Assembly: GCA_021824915.1 (NCBI GenBank)
Contig: JAKAJP010000013.1
Coordinates: 1,733-65,732 of the forward strand
Direction: 5' to 3'
From: a bacterium
GTDB taxonomy: Bacteria > Patescibacteriota > Microgenomatia > UBA8517
Length of the DNA: 64,000 nt
Part shown: in pieces, positions 19,759 to 29,705 of the stretch
Numbering within the stretch: the first letter of the stretch is position 1
Layout of the letters: every line of letters starts with the position of its first letter
Notes under the pieces: generated by a model
Seen by the model: the letters and a program-made list of their open reading frames with translations, nothing else
Told to the model about the DNA's origin: nothing
Database searches by the model: none
Position numbers and translations under genes: made by a program

Positions 19759-20585
19759 AATGGGAATCTGAATTGAGTATAACACCCGGGATAGGGGACT
19801 TCGTAACCTCCGAAGGATTTTTTGAAGTGGGTGAAACCAAGCCAGCTTTTATCCGGAAATCTTTCATCGTAAATTCCCTCGAAGTCAAAGATCCTGCAAC
19901 CCATCTTTTTAGCCCATAGTATTCCATGATAGAGGAGAGAGTATTGGGAGAGGGAAGAGCGACCTTCAGGGTTTGTAAATGCTTGCCAGTAGTAACAAAT
20001 GTCGTGTGAAGAGCGCGTGAAAATCACTCCACCTATAATTCTGCTAGATATATTGTGCGACGCAAGGAACAGGGAGTTGTTATCAGGAAAACTTCTGCGT
20101 AAATTAATTAAAGCTTTGTAGCCAGGGACAAACCTTTTGAAGTTAACCGAGTTTTGCCACTCCTCCCGAAATTTTTTGATTTCATCGGGAGTAGAATATT
20201 CTTTTATTGTTAGATTCCCTCCCCTTTTGATAGCGGCTCGGACATCCTTTTTGAAATTTCGGAAAATGTAGCCCTTGCTTTTTGTCAGATCAATTTGCAG
20301 GCTCTTGGTCGGCAAGAACGGTTTGGTTAGTCTGAATCCGATTGATTTTAGAAAATCGGCATCCAGTTGAGTTTTCGGCTCGATTATTATCTGAAAAACA
20401 TGGTATTTTCGGGCCAATCTGCGAATCGTATCAATTCTTAACTCCTGCGGTCTTTGTACCTTCAAAACCGATCCGATCAGCGGAATTTTTTTGATGAAGT
20501 AATTGATTTCTGCAATCCTTTCAACAGTCCAGCCCTCACGTTTTAGATAATTTGCGTAGTGAACAGATTGACGGATATCTATCAT
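19755..20585 (-). CDS. FemAB/FemX-like GNAT peptidyltransferase (divergent)
   Basis: IRQSVHY, IDLTKS, KDVRAAIKR, WAKKMGCRIFDFEG, GFTHFKKSFGG. Confidence 0.78.
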   Translation of the reverse strand: MIDIRQSVHYANYLKREGWTVERIAEINYFIKKIPLIGSVLKVQRPQELRIDTIRRLARKYHVFQIIIEPKTQLDADFLKSIGFRLTKPFLPTKSLQIDLTKSKGYIFRNFKKDVRAAIKRGGNLTIKEYSTPDEIKKFREEWQNSVNFKRFVPGYKALINLRRSFPDNNSLFLASHNISSRIIGGVIFTRSSHDICYYWQAFTNPEGRSSLSQYSLLYHGILWAKKMGCRIFDFEGIYDERFPDKSWLGFTHFKKSFGGYEVPYPGCYTQFRFPL

Positions 20586-20588
20586 TCA

Positions 20589-21560
20589 TTAAAATCTATG
20601 TTTAGAAAGTCCGAAATTTGCGGCTAGTTTAAGAGTTGGCCATCTTACTATTTCAGCAAGTCGATAGAGATAATAAAGCGGTTTATTTATAACAAGATCC
20701 CAAGTTCCCAAAAACTCAATAACACTCGGGTTGTAGCCTTCTTTGAACTTTGTAAACCCTTTGCCCTCTTCTCTTCCCCAAAGATCGAATGTTTTAAGTC
20801 CAAGCCTCTTACCGAATTTAATCGCCTCCCACATCATAAGATTGTTTGCCATGACGTTTTTATATCTTTCAGTTGAGGCGCCGTATGGATAATACAAAAA
20901 GTCGCGCCACCCAAATAGAATCCAAGTTGTAATAATTTCACTTTTATAAGTTGCAGTAAGAAGATGTGCAATTCCGGCTTTTCTCAAAGACTCCCACATT
21001 AATCTATGGTAGCGGCGAGAGTGGGTGTAAAAGCCTTGGCGATTGACGGTTTCGGCGGTTAACTCCAGATATTTTTTGAAAGCCTTTTCACTGTTGTCTT
21101 CTCTAATCTTAACCCCGTGTTTTTGGGCCAAACGGATATTGTAACGAGTTTTTGAAGTAAAGCTTTTCATTAATTCGTCTTCACTTGGCTTTAGATCAAT
21201 CCAAAAAGTTGTTGGGGTAAAAAGAGTTTTTCCGGGAACTCCTCCGTATTTAGTCAGAAGACTGACTACCTTGTTTTTGTCGGCGCATTTTATATTATCT
21301 TTTTTAATCGGATAATTCGGTTCGAGTTTGATAAAGACCAATTTGTTTTCTTTCCCAATTTTGACAAGGTCTTTGGCCATTGACTCGATCGGCATTGGCC
21401 CTTTTTCAAAATTCCCGATTTTATATTTGGTAAACGGGATTTTATGGAGTGTGACAATTCCGTATTTTGTTTCAAGAACTTCGTTCCCCCACTTTCTCCT
21501 GAACTTCGCCCAAGCAGAAGTTTGCAAAGGGTGGACCGAGATTTTATCTAAATTAGTCAT
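20589..21560 (-). CDS. FemAB/FemX lipid II aminoacyltransferase
   Basis: HPLQTSAWAKF, KTRYNIRLAQKHGV, YPYGAS, MWEAIKF, GFTKFKEGY. Confidence 0.88.
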   Translation of the reverse strand: MTNLDKISVHPLQTSAWAKFRRKWGNEVLETKYGIVTLHKIPFTKYKIGNFEKGPMPIESMAKDLVKIGKENKLVFIKLEPNYPIKKDNIKCADKNKVVSLLTKYGGVPGKTLFTPTTFWIDLKPSEDELMKSFTSKTRYNIRLAQKHGVKIREDNSEKAFKKYLELTAETVNRQGFYTHSRRYHRLMWESLRKAGIAHLLTATYKSEIITTWILFGWRDFLYYPYGASTERYKNVMANNLMMWEAIKFGKRLGLKTFDLWGREEGKGFTKFKEGYNPSVIEFLGTWDLVINKPLYYLYRLAEIVRWPTLKLAANFGLSKHRF

Positions 21561-23400
21561 TGTTCAAGTATTTTTCAATTATATCGTCGAACGTTCCCTT
21601 AATGTCGTCAATAGTATCCAATTTTAGATCATCTGATGATTTGTAGATACCGCCGCCGATATTTTCAAGTAAATTTTCTGGAATGTCCAGAATAAACCGG
21701 CTTGGCGGGTTTGCAACTCTTTCCCCAAAATAGAGACGGGAATTGGCATAAGTAAGATATAGGATTTCTTTTGCCCGGGTGATGCCAACGTAAGCAAGAC
21801 GCCTCTCCTCTTCCAGTTGGTTGGCGTCCATTAAAGATCTGCTGTGAGGGAAAAGTCCTTCTTCCATTCCGACAATAAACACTACAGGAAATTCAAGCCC
21901 TTTTGCGGCATGCATGGTCATGAGAGTTACCGCATTTTTTGTAATATTGCGGGGACCGGCTTCAACCAGGGCCACATTTTCCAAGAAATCGTTGATGTCG
22001 GGGAATTCCGTAGCAACACTTCTAAGTTCCTTAATGTTTTCAAGTCTTGCCATATTTTCCTCCGATTCTTTTTGAAATAATGCCAGATAATCAGTTTTTT
22101 GAATAACGGCATCTAAAATATCAAGAGTAGTAAGTCCTTTAATTTCTCCCATTTCTTTTAACTTTTCGAATCTTCTTATACCGATTTTTTCAATTCGCCT
22201 GCGCGAAACCGAATCTTTGGGGTTAACCAAATATTTAATATAGGAGATGACATCTTTTATTTCTTTGCGGTCATAAAATCTGACGCCCCCGACTAAGGTA
22301 TAGGGAATTCCAGCGTGAAGGAATGCTTCTTCCAAAACGCGGGATTGAGCGTTGGTTCGGTATAAAACTGCAATGTCGGAGAACTTACCCAAATGATTAA
22401 TTTCGTCAACTACAAAATTCGCCTCATCAAATCCATTTCTGGCGGAGTACAACCTGATTTTTGCACCGGCATTTTTTTCTGTCCAGAGTTTCAAAATCGG
22501 ATGGCTTGTATTTTTGGAGATAACGAGATTGGCAGCATCCAAAATATTTTGAGTTGAGCGGTAGTTTTGTTCCAAGTTAATTACTTTTATATCCGGATAA
22601 TCTTTCATTAAATAATTAATATTTCTAAAGTCCGCTCCTCGCCAGGAATAGATAGATTGAGAGGCATCCCCCACTGCAGTAATGTTCTTTCTATTTCCTA
22701 CCAAAAGTTTTGTCAGGACATATTGAATTTTATTTGTATCTTGCCACTCATCTACAAAAATGTGTGTCAATTGGTGCTGCCACTTGGCAAGAATTTTAGG
22801 ATCCTCCTTAAAAAGTTTTACGGTTTTAATTAAAAGATCGTCAAAATCCAAGGCTCCGATTTCCTTGAGCATCTTTTCGTATTCCGGATAAACATTTGAG
22901 ACAATTTCCTGCCATTCGCCCCTGACAAAATTTTTATATTCTTCCGGAGACAGCATTTGATTTTTGGCTTCGCTGATCCCATTTAAGATTGAGGCGGGAT
23001 TAAACTGATCGGTTGAAATATCGAGCCGCTCCATAATTTGTTTAACTGCGTCTTTTTGATCTTGTTCGTCGTAAATTATGAAGTTAACGGGAATTCCAAT
23101 ATGTCTCCCGTCGATTCTTAAAACTTTTGCGCAAAAAGAATGGAAAGTGGCGGCCAGGGGTGTGTTGCCATTCGTCAGAGCTAAAATTCTTTCTTTCATT
23201 TCGTTGGCGGCTTTATTGGTAAAAGTTAAAAGGAGGGCCTGACCCGGTTTTATTAAGTTTGTACTTATAAAGTAGGCTACGCGGTGGGTCAAAACTTTGG
23301 TTTTGCCGCTTCCCGCTCCCGCAAGAACTAAAAGCGGACCCCCGGTATAGGTAACCGCCTCTTTTTGTTGAGGGTTCAAACCAGTTATACTTATCTCCAT
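21553..23400 (-). CDS. pcrA: ATP-dependent DNA helicase PcrA/UvrD
   Basis: LNPQQKEAV, AGAGSGKT, DEWQD, HAAKGLEF, EERRLAYVGITRA; likely start MEISITG at 23400. Confidence 0.93.
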   Translation of the reverse strand: MEISITGLNPQQKEAVTYTGGPLLVLAGAGSGKTKVLTHRVAYFISTNLIKPGQALLLTFTNKAANEMKERILALTNGNTPLAATFHSFCAKVLRIDGRHIGIPVNFIIYDEQDQKDAVKQIMERLDISTDQFNPASILNGISEAKNQMLSPEEYKNFVRGEWQEIVSNVYPEYEKMLKEIGALDFDDLLIKTVKLFKEDPKILAKWQHQLTHIFVDEWQDTNKIQYVLTKLLVGNRKNITAVGDASQSIYSWRGADFRNINYLMKDYPDIKVINLEQNYRSTQNILDAANLVISKNTSHPILKLWTEKNAGAKIRLYSARNGFDEANFVVDEINHLGKFSDIAVLYRTNAQSRVLEEAFLHAGIPYTLVGGVRFYDRKEIKDVISYIKYLVNPKDSVSRRRIEKIGIRRFEKLKEMGEIKGLTTLDILDAVIQKTDYLALFQKESEENMARLENIKELRSVATEFPDINDFLENVALVEAGPRNITKNAVTLMTMHAAKGLEFPVVFIVGMEEGLFPHSRSLMDANQLEEERRLAYVGITRAKEILYLTYANSRLYFGERVANPPSRFILDIPENLLENIGGGIYKSSDDLKLDTIDDIKGTFDDIIEKYLNND

Positions 23401-24478
23401 GGACAAGGATAATTCTACAATAAATTTGGAAGAAGCTTCTGGCAAAGATAACGGCCTTCGGAATGTTCTTGTTGTTTGTTTTGGTATTTTAGTTTTACTC
23501 GTCGGAATCGGAATTTATCTCTTTAAGCAGTTTAATGCAGGCTACTTTTTCAAAATTGCGACAAATTTTATTTATCCGCCAGTAAGTGAACTCGCCTCAC
23601 AAGATGGTAGAACAAACATTTTGATAATGGGAATTGGGGGAGCAGGACATGACGGCGAGGATTTAACAGATACAATGCTTGTAGCCTCAGTTTCCTTAAC
23701 TAGACCCGGGGTTGTAATTATTTCCGTTCCGCGGGATATTTGGATCCCTGAAATAAGAGCAAAAATCAATGCGGCTTACTATTGGGGCGATAAAAATACG
23801 CCCTATTTTTCTAATGAAAATTTTCCCGGTGGCAAAATCGGTTTCGCAAAATCTATTACCCAAGAAGTTTTGGGAATTCCAATAAATTACGGAGTAGTTT
23901 TAGACTTCTCTGCTTTTGAAAAGATTATTAATGATATAGGTGGAATAGAGATTAATGTGGAAAATAGTTTTACTGACAACTTGTATCCTGTCGCCGGTCG
24001 CGAGAATGACACATGCAATGGAGACGTAACTCTATCTTGTCGTTATGAGACCCTGACCTTTAATAAAGGTTTACAACACATGGATGGAGCTACCGCCTTG
24101 AAGTTTGTGCGTTCGAGACATGCGGAAGGGGTTGAGGGCGGAGATTTGGCACGCGAGGCCCGCCAGCAAAAAATTATTGACGCGATAGGTCAAAAGATTT
24201 TAACTCGGGACGTGTTCTTAAATCCTCAAACCGACTTGAAGTTGTGGAAAGATCTTAACAACTCTTTGACCCGCGACCTCGACGATCCGCACGCCTCAAT
24301 TTTGGCACGGCTGCTTTTTAATTCACGAAAATCAATAAATAGAAATATAATTCCGGACGATCTTTTATTTACTCCCCCGGTCAGTAAAATTTACGATCAG
24401 CAGGAGGTCTTAATTCCCACGTCAGGTAGTGGAAAGTGGGATGCGATTCATTCTTGGGTTTCTCAAGTTCTCAAGTAA
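23399..24478 (+). CDS. LytR-CpsA-Psr (LCP) glycopolymer transferase
   Basis: N-terminal TM, NILIMG, LTDTML, SVPRD, KINAAY, ALKFVRSRH, DLAREARQQ. Confidence 0.92.
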   Translation: MDKDNSTINLEEASGKDNGLRNVLVVCFGILVLLVGIGIYLFKQFNAGYFFKIATNFIYPPVSELASQDGRTNILIMGIGGAGHDGEDLTDTMLVASVSLTRPGVVIISVPRDIWIPEIRAKINAAYYWGDKNTPYFSNENFPGGKIGFAKSITQEVLGIPINYGVVLDFSAFEKIINDIGGIEINVENSFTDNLYPVAGRENDTCNGDVTLSCRYETLTFNKGLQHMDGATALKFVRSRHAEGVEGGDLAREARQQKIIDAIGQKILTRDVFLNPQTDLKLWKDLNNSLTRDLDDPHASILARLLFNSRKSINRNIIPDDLLFTPPVSKIYDQQEVLIPTSGSGKWDAIHSWVSQVLK

Positions 24479-24484
24479 ATTTGC

Positions 24485-25900
24485 ATGAAGCGGTTTTATA
24501 TTCTCCTTTTAATTATAGCGGCAGTCTATTTATTTTTAAGACTTGGCTGGTTGGATACGATTCAATTTGGTTATGATCAGCCGAGGCTTGCTACGACAAT
24601 CGCTGATTTCCTCACAAGAGGAAACTATATGACAAGTCAGAATTTTGTTTTGGAAACCCCATGGGGAAATATTTCTTGGGGCCCGTCTCTAATTTTCTTT
24701 TTCGCCTCGATTTTCTCAATTTCGGGAAACCCTTTGATAGTATCTCAGATAATTGCTGTTCTGAATTTAGTAAGCGTTGTTACGATTTTTTATATTGGCT
24801 GGAAGTTTTTCTCGCCCAAAGCGGGAATTGTTGCCGGTCTAGTTTTGGCAACTCACCCGTGGTGGGTAATATTTTCCAGGATGTTTTATCAACCCTCATT
24901 TGTCCCGAGTTTAGTTAGCATTTCTATGCTTCTTACTTTTTTAGTCTTAAAGAAGAAACAAAGCTTTTTGATAGGTCTTTTGATATTTTCCTGGGCAGTT
25001 CTCGTGCAATTTTATTTAAGCACTCTTTCATTTATAACAACTGGTGTTATTTTTCTTTCCCCTAATATCAAGAAATTTTCATTAAGCTGGATTTTCTTGG
25101 GATTGGTTTTGACTGGTGTGATCTTTACCCCGACAATATTTTTTTTTAGAAGTAACCCCAGTAAAATTCAATCTTTTTTAAGCGCCCCCGGAAGATTTCA
25201 GACAACGCCGAAGGAAGTCTTTGTTAATTATTTCAAAACGCTTTCCGGGGGGAATTTACAGTGGGAATTGGGCTACGGGTATCAGGATTTTGTTAAAGAT
25301 AATTCCTGGGCAGAAAAGATTTTTATTGTGAACCTTTTGTTAATTTCTTTGGTTGTTGGTTATAGTGTTTTTGGACTATTTAGAAGACGTGAAGATGGAA
25401 CGCTTCGTCTATTTTTAGTTTTTTGGTGTATTGCGCCCTTATGGTTTTTGTCTCTGGTCAAGGTTGAATATGCCGTCCCCAGATATTTTTTGATTAGTCT
25501 TCCGGCCCTTTCTTTGTTGGTTGGTTTATTTGTTGATGATCTCTCAAAAAAAGTGAAAAATTTTTCTTTATTAATCCCGGTGTTTCTAATTTTATCGTGG
25601 AGTTTAACTATCGTGCGGTATTATAATTTTTTGGAAAAATATGATTACCCAAATGGTTTTTTGAGTCATTTTTCGGATATTCCTTATTCGTTTTTGCAAA
25701 AATCTTTTGATTTTATGAGTCCGAATAAACCACAACGGGGGCTTTGGGCGGTAAATTATTATTTGGACTATGTGGATAAAAACCCGGGAGGACGAGCCTT
25801 GTACGAAATCTCGTTTGATGCTCCCGATGCAAATAAGAAAATAGAGGCCCGGTATGGACCTTATACAATCTACAAAATAGGTGGTGGGGTTAGAAACTAA
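24485..25900 (+). CDS. GT-C fold glycosyltransferase (ArnT/PMT_2-like)
   Basis: FGYDQ loop after TM1, GP motif, SRMFYQP, PRYF; many TMs. Confidence 0.72.
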   Translation: MKRFYILLLIIAAVYLFLRLGWLDTIQFGYDQPRLATTIADFLTRGNYMTSQNFVLETPWGNISWGPSLIFFFASIFSISGNPLIVSQIIAVLNLVSVVTIFYIGWKFFSPKAGIVAGLVLATHPWWVIFSRMFYQPSFVPSLVSISMLLTFLVLKKKQSFLIGLLIFSWAVLVQFYLSTLSFITTGVIFLSPNIKKFSLSWIFLGLVLTGVIFTPTIFFFRSNPSKIQSFLSAPGRFQTTPKEVFVNYFKTLSGGNLQWELGYGYQDFVKDNSWAEKIFIVNLLLISLVVGYSVFGLFRRREDGTLRLFLVFWCIAPLWFLSLVKVEYAVPRYFLISLPALSLLVGLFVDDLSKKVKNFSLLIPVFLILSWSLTIVRYYNFLEKYDYPNGFLSHFSDIPYSFLQKSFDFMSPNKPQRGLWAVNYYLDYVDKNPGGRALYEISFDAPDANKKIEARYGPYTIYKIGGGVRN

Positions 25901-27044
25901 CCCAGCCAAACTTATTAATCCAGACGACCCCCCAAGCGTTAACCAAAACTGAGGCGAGGAGTAATATCCAGTGAATTGGTTTTATGCCGGTTCTCCCGAC
26001 ACCCTTAATGGTTAATAGAAGTAGGAAGGGGTAAAAATCTACTGCAAATCTATACCCAAACTGCGCCCAACCCGTTCCGCCATGCATCAAAACTATCGTA
26101 AATATGCTAATTACGGCAAGCCATAAAAACTGAGTCAACCTCTCTCTAATGGGAGAGAAAAATGCAAAAATAAACGCGGGCGTGGTAATCCAGATTGCAA
26201 GAGAATACCAGGAAGGTTGTATAAAGGGTGGGTGATCTAATATTCTTGGAAAAGACCAGAACGCGGCGATTAGCCCGTTTGGAATATAGGAAGTATTAGC
26301 AACGCCGTGGATAAACCAAGGCCTATCTTGTTCGTTTAAGATCTTTGGAAGAATGAAATAGGCTTCATCGAAAATCGTGCCAAACCTAATGAAATTATAA
26401 GCGAAGTCAAAAAGCACGAACGGTAAAAGACCAAGGCCAATCTTGAAAAAAGTTTTGAACCAGTTTTTATCATAAAGAAGATACAAAAAAACTGGAAGTG
26501 AAATGATTGTGTGAACTCTTGATAAGTACGCCGCCCCCAAAAGAATGCCAACTAAGATCGGACGTTTTTTGTTTAAGGATTCGTATAGCGCAAAACTTAA
26601 GAAAAAAGCGGAGGAAATTTGTCCCAAGTACCAAGAAGACCCAGTTGCTGATAGATACCAGATTATGTTTCCCAGTCCTGCTAAAAGTCCCGACCAAATT
26701 AACAATTTTTTATCCTTTTTGATTGTCCAGGCTGTCATCATGGTTAGTACCACAGTTCCAGCTCCAAGGATTTGGCTCAAAAGTTGTTGTTGAAAGCTAT
26801 CTCTGAACAAGAAAACAAAAGGCATTGCTAAAAATGCCGGCATTGGCGGGTAGGCAACATAGTATTTGGCTGGGCCGGCAGGAATTAGTTCCGATAGCCA
26901 AGGAGGGTTATCGGTGAGATAATACTTTCCAGATAAAAACGATCCCGCGAGTCGGGTAAAATAATCATAAGGGGTACGCCCGGCGGAGCTTACAAAATAT
27001 ATGATTAAGGAAATGACAAAAGCTACCAAGAAAATTCTTTTCAT
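25890..27044 (-). CDS. Multi-TM protein, probable GT-C glycosyltransferase
   Basis: YYVAYPPMPA, YNFIRFG, QFGYRFAVDF; located among GT-C genes. Confidence 0.6.
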   Translation of the reverse strand: MKRIFLVAFVISLIIYFVSSAGRTPYDYFTRLAGSFLSGKYYLTDNPPWLSELIPAGPAKYYVAYPPMPAFLAMPFVFLFRDSFQQQLLSQILGAGTVVLTMMTAWTIKKDKKLLIWSGLLAGLGNIIWYLSATGSSWYLGQISSAFFLSFALYESLNKKRPILVGILLGAAYLSRVHTIISLPVFLYLLYDKNWFKTFFKIGLGLLPFVLFDFAYNFIRFGTIFDEAYFILPKILNEQDRPWFIHGVANTSYIPNGLIAAFWSFPRILDHPPFIQPSWYSLAIWITTPAFIFAFFSPIRERLTQFLWLAVISIFTIVLMHGGTGWAQFGYRFAVDFYPFLLLLTIKGVGRTGIKPIHWILLLASVLVNAWGVVWINKFGWVSF

Positions 27045-29433
27045 CTCTCCTATTGTATATGTTTTAACTTTCGGATTTCTAATTAGATTGATACTCGGTA
27101 ATTTTGGAACACTGAGGCTTGATCAGGGAACGTTTATTGCTTGGAGTGATATCTTGGTTAAAGGCGGCCTGTCCGGTTTCTATAATGGTTGGTCTGACTA
27201 TTTGCCAGGCTATTTATATTTTTTGTGGGTCTTGGGTAAGATTCGCGGAGCAATTCCTATTCCGGACGACCTCTTATATAAAATTCCAGCGATAATTTTC
27301 GATGTTGCGACCGCGGGTTTAATTTATGAAATTACCAAAAAGATTAAAAATGTGAAGGCCGGGATTTTCGCAGCAAGTATTTATATTTTTAATCCGGCGG
27401 TTTTAGCAAATTCTACGCTTTGGGGACAAGTAGACTCTTTGACTGCCTTTTTCGTGGTAGCCGCGATCTGGTTAATTGAAAGAAACTTTCTCATTTCAGC
27501 AATATCTCTCGCAATCGGGACACTAATAAAACCGCAGGCTGCCTTCGTTTTCCCGGTAGTAGTTTTCTTGTTTTTGAAACAGGGAAGAAAATTCAGAGAA
27601 TTATTAATTTACTGCGTCACTGGTTTATTGGTTTTTGTCGCCGGTTTTGTTCCTTTCGCCGGAGGAAAGTTTTTGCCGCAGTTTATTTACGAGCGCCTCG
27701 GTATTTCGCTCAATCAGTATCCTTATACCTCCGTTAATGCTTTTAATTTTTGGGGACTGACCGGTTTTTGGAAGCCGGACACTTCCTTGACGCAAATTGC
27801 CGGTTATCTTGTTGTCCTTTTTGTTTTTGCTTTTCTGGCAGTAAAACTTTGGAAGAAAGAAAGAGGATACGCTTTTGCGGCAGTGGTTTTATCGGCGAGT
27901 TTTATCTTTATGACCCGGATGCATGAGCGCCACCTTTTGCCGGCTCTGGCTCCGCTTGCGATAGGAGTAGCCGAAAATTCGTTATTAATAATTCCTTATA
28001 TCGGCTTTTCATTGGTTTATGTATTGAATTTGCTCTATTCATATAAATGGATTACCCAGAACTTTATAAGTATCTACCCGCCACTGGTTATTAAATTTAT
28101 AATTTTGATAAATTTGGTCTCTTTCACTTCTTTCATTTGGACTTTGTTAGATACAAAAAGGATTGAAAAAATAATTTTTTCGATTAGGAATTTTTTTGAA
28201 AGAGGAAGAAGAAAATTCGCTCCGAATTTTTCGAAAATAAGATTATCTGATAAAAAGGCCAGAGTGATTTTAGGAATTATTTTAGCGTTTGCTTTTGTAA
28301 CCCGTGTTTTTGATTTAGGGAGTCCGAAGACAATGTATTTTGATGAGGTTTACCATGCTTTTACTGCAAAAATTATTCTTTCGGGTGAGGCGGCGAAAGC
28401 TTGGGAATGGTGGAACACCCCACCCAGTGGGTTTGCTTACGAATGGACCCATCCGCCATTGGCAAAACTTGGAATGGCGGCGGGGATGCTAATTTTTGGA
28501 CAAAACTCTTTTGGTTGGCGCATCCCCGGAGCGATCTTGGGAACTCTCGCAGTTTTTATGGTCTATCTAATTGCAAAAGAGCTGTTTAAGGACAATCTTG
28601 TAAGCCTTCTTTCTGCGGGGGTGTTTTCGCTCGACGGTTTGGCTTTGGTAATGAGCAGAATTGGAATGAACGATAGTTATATCCTTTTTTTCTCATTGCT
28701 ATCCATTTATTTGTTCATGAAGAATCGGGATTTTTGGTCGGCGGCTAGTTTTGGTCTGGCTATTTCTTCAAAATGGTCAGCCATTTGGGCGATTCCAATA
28801 CTCGGAATTTTGTGGCTTTGGAGAAATAAAAAATTTTCCCCTTCAATTTTATGGTTTTTGGTATTGCCGATTTTAATTTATCTTTTGACATATACACAAA
28901 TGTTTTTAACAGGACACGATTTAACGACTTGGTGGGGAATGCAGGAGCAGATGTGGTGGTATCACACCGGGCTTAAAGCAACACACCCTTATACATCACC
29001 ATGGTGGGAATGGCCGTTTTTAATCCGCCCAATCTATCTTTATACAAGTGATGAAGTTGGAGGGACGGTTGCCAGAATCTACGCATTTGGAAACCCGTTT
29101 GTTTTTTGGTTTGGTTTAGCGTCTATTGTTTTAAGTACTATTTATGCGTATTTTGAACGAAACAAGAAGTTGGGTCTGGTTGTTTTTTCGTATTTAGTTT
29201 TTTTTGTTCCATGGGCGCTGTCTCCCAGAATAATGTTTTTATATCACTATTTGCCTTCGATTCCTTTTATGAGCATAGCAACGGCTTATGTTCTTCGTAG
29301 AAATCCAAAGTTAATATTTGCCTATTTTCTTGTTTGTTTATTGGTATTTATTTATTTTTATCCCCACTGGACTGGTTTAAGGATTCCATTATCTCTTGAC
29401 GCAAGTTATTATTGGGTCCCTTCGTGGCGCTAA
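27013..29433 (+). CDS. Tandem GT-C fusion: N-terminal GT87/ALG6-like module + protein O-mannosyltransferase (PMT/GT39)
   Basis: N-half DYLPGY, NPAVLANSTLWGQVD, MHERH; C-half YFDEVYH, THPPLAK, HPYTSPWWEWP, FLYHYLP. Confidence 0.82.
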   Translation: MTKATKKILFISPIVYVLTFGFLIRLILGNFGTLRLDQGTFIAWSDILVKGGLSGFYNGWSDYLPGYLYFLWVLGKIRGAIPIPDDLLYKIPAIIFDVATAGLIYEITKKIKNVKAGIFAASIYIFNPAVLANSTLWGQVDSLTAFFVVAAIWLIERNFLISAISLAIGTLIKPQAAFVFPVVVFLFLKQGRKFRELLIYCVTGLLVFVAGFVPFAGGKFLPQFIYERLGISLNQYPYTSVNAFNFWGLTGFWKPDTSLTQIAGYLVVLFVFAFLAVKLWKKERGYAFAAVVLSASFIFMTRMHERHLLPALAPLAIGVAENSLLIIPYIGFSLVYVLNLLYSYKWITQNFISIYPPLVIKFIILINLVSFTSFIWTLLDTKRIEKIIFSIRNFFERGRRKFAPNFSKIRLSDKKARVILGIILAFAFVTRVFDLGSPKTMYFDEVYHAFTAKIILSGEAAKAWEWWNTPPSGFAYEWTHPPLAKLGMAAGMLIFGQNSFGWRIPGAILGTLAVFMVYLIAKELFKDNLVSLLSAGVFSLDGLALVMSRIGMNDSYILFFSLLSIYLFMKNRDFWSAASFGLAISSKWSAIWAIPILGILWLWRNKKFSPSILWFLVLPILIYLLTYTQMFLTGHDLTTWWGMQEQMWWYHTGLKATHPYTSPWWEWPFLIRPIYLYTSDEVGGTVARIYAFGNPFVFWFGLASIVLSTIYAYFERNKKLGLVVFSYLVFFVPWALSPRIMFLYHYLPSIPFMSIATAYVLRRNPKLIFAYFLVCLLVFIYFYPHWTGLRIPLSLDASYYWVPSWR

Positions 29434-29696
29434 GCCGGACCCATTGGATAGAAACTTCCCTTTACGACGAAGAAAATTAATAAAGCTAGTAACAGAACAA
29501 TAATTATAAAATATTCGATGGACCATTCCCCGGAGCGTGGAATAAACATATCAAAAGGATAACTTTGAAAAACTTCAATTTTGAGTTTCTTAAGAGTGGA
29601 GGTGCTTATTTTGTAAAGCAAGAAAAAGACTATAGACCCCAAGAAAACTAGGAGTATTGGTCCGAGAAAAGAAAGTTTATCAACCAAGACGTTCAT
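29430..29696 (-). CDS. Small 2-TM membrane protein
   Basis: Two hydrophobic helices; last gene of the pilNO operon. Confidence 0.65.
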   Translation of the reverse strand: MNVLVDKLSFLGPILLVFLGSIVFFLLYKISTSTLKKLKIEVFQSYPFDMFIPRSGEWSIEYFIIIVLLLALLIFFVVKGSFYPMGPA

Positions 29697-29705
29697 TTAC
29701 TTTGA

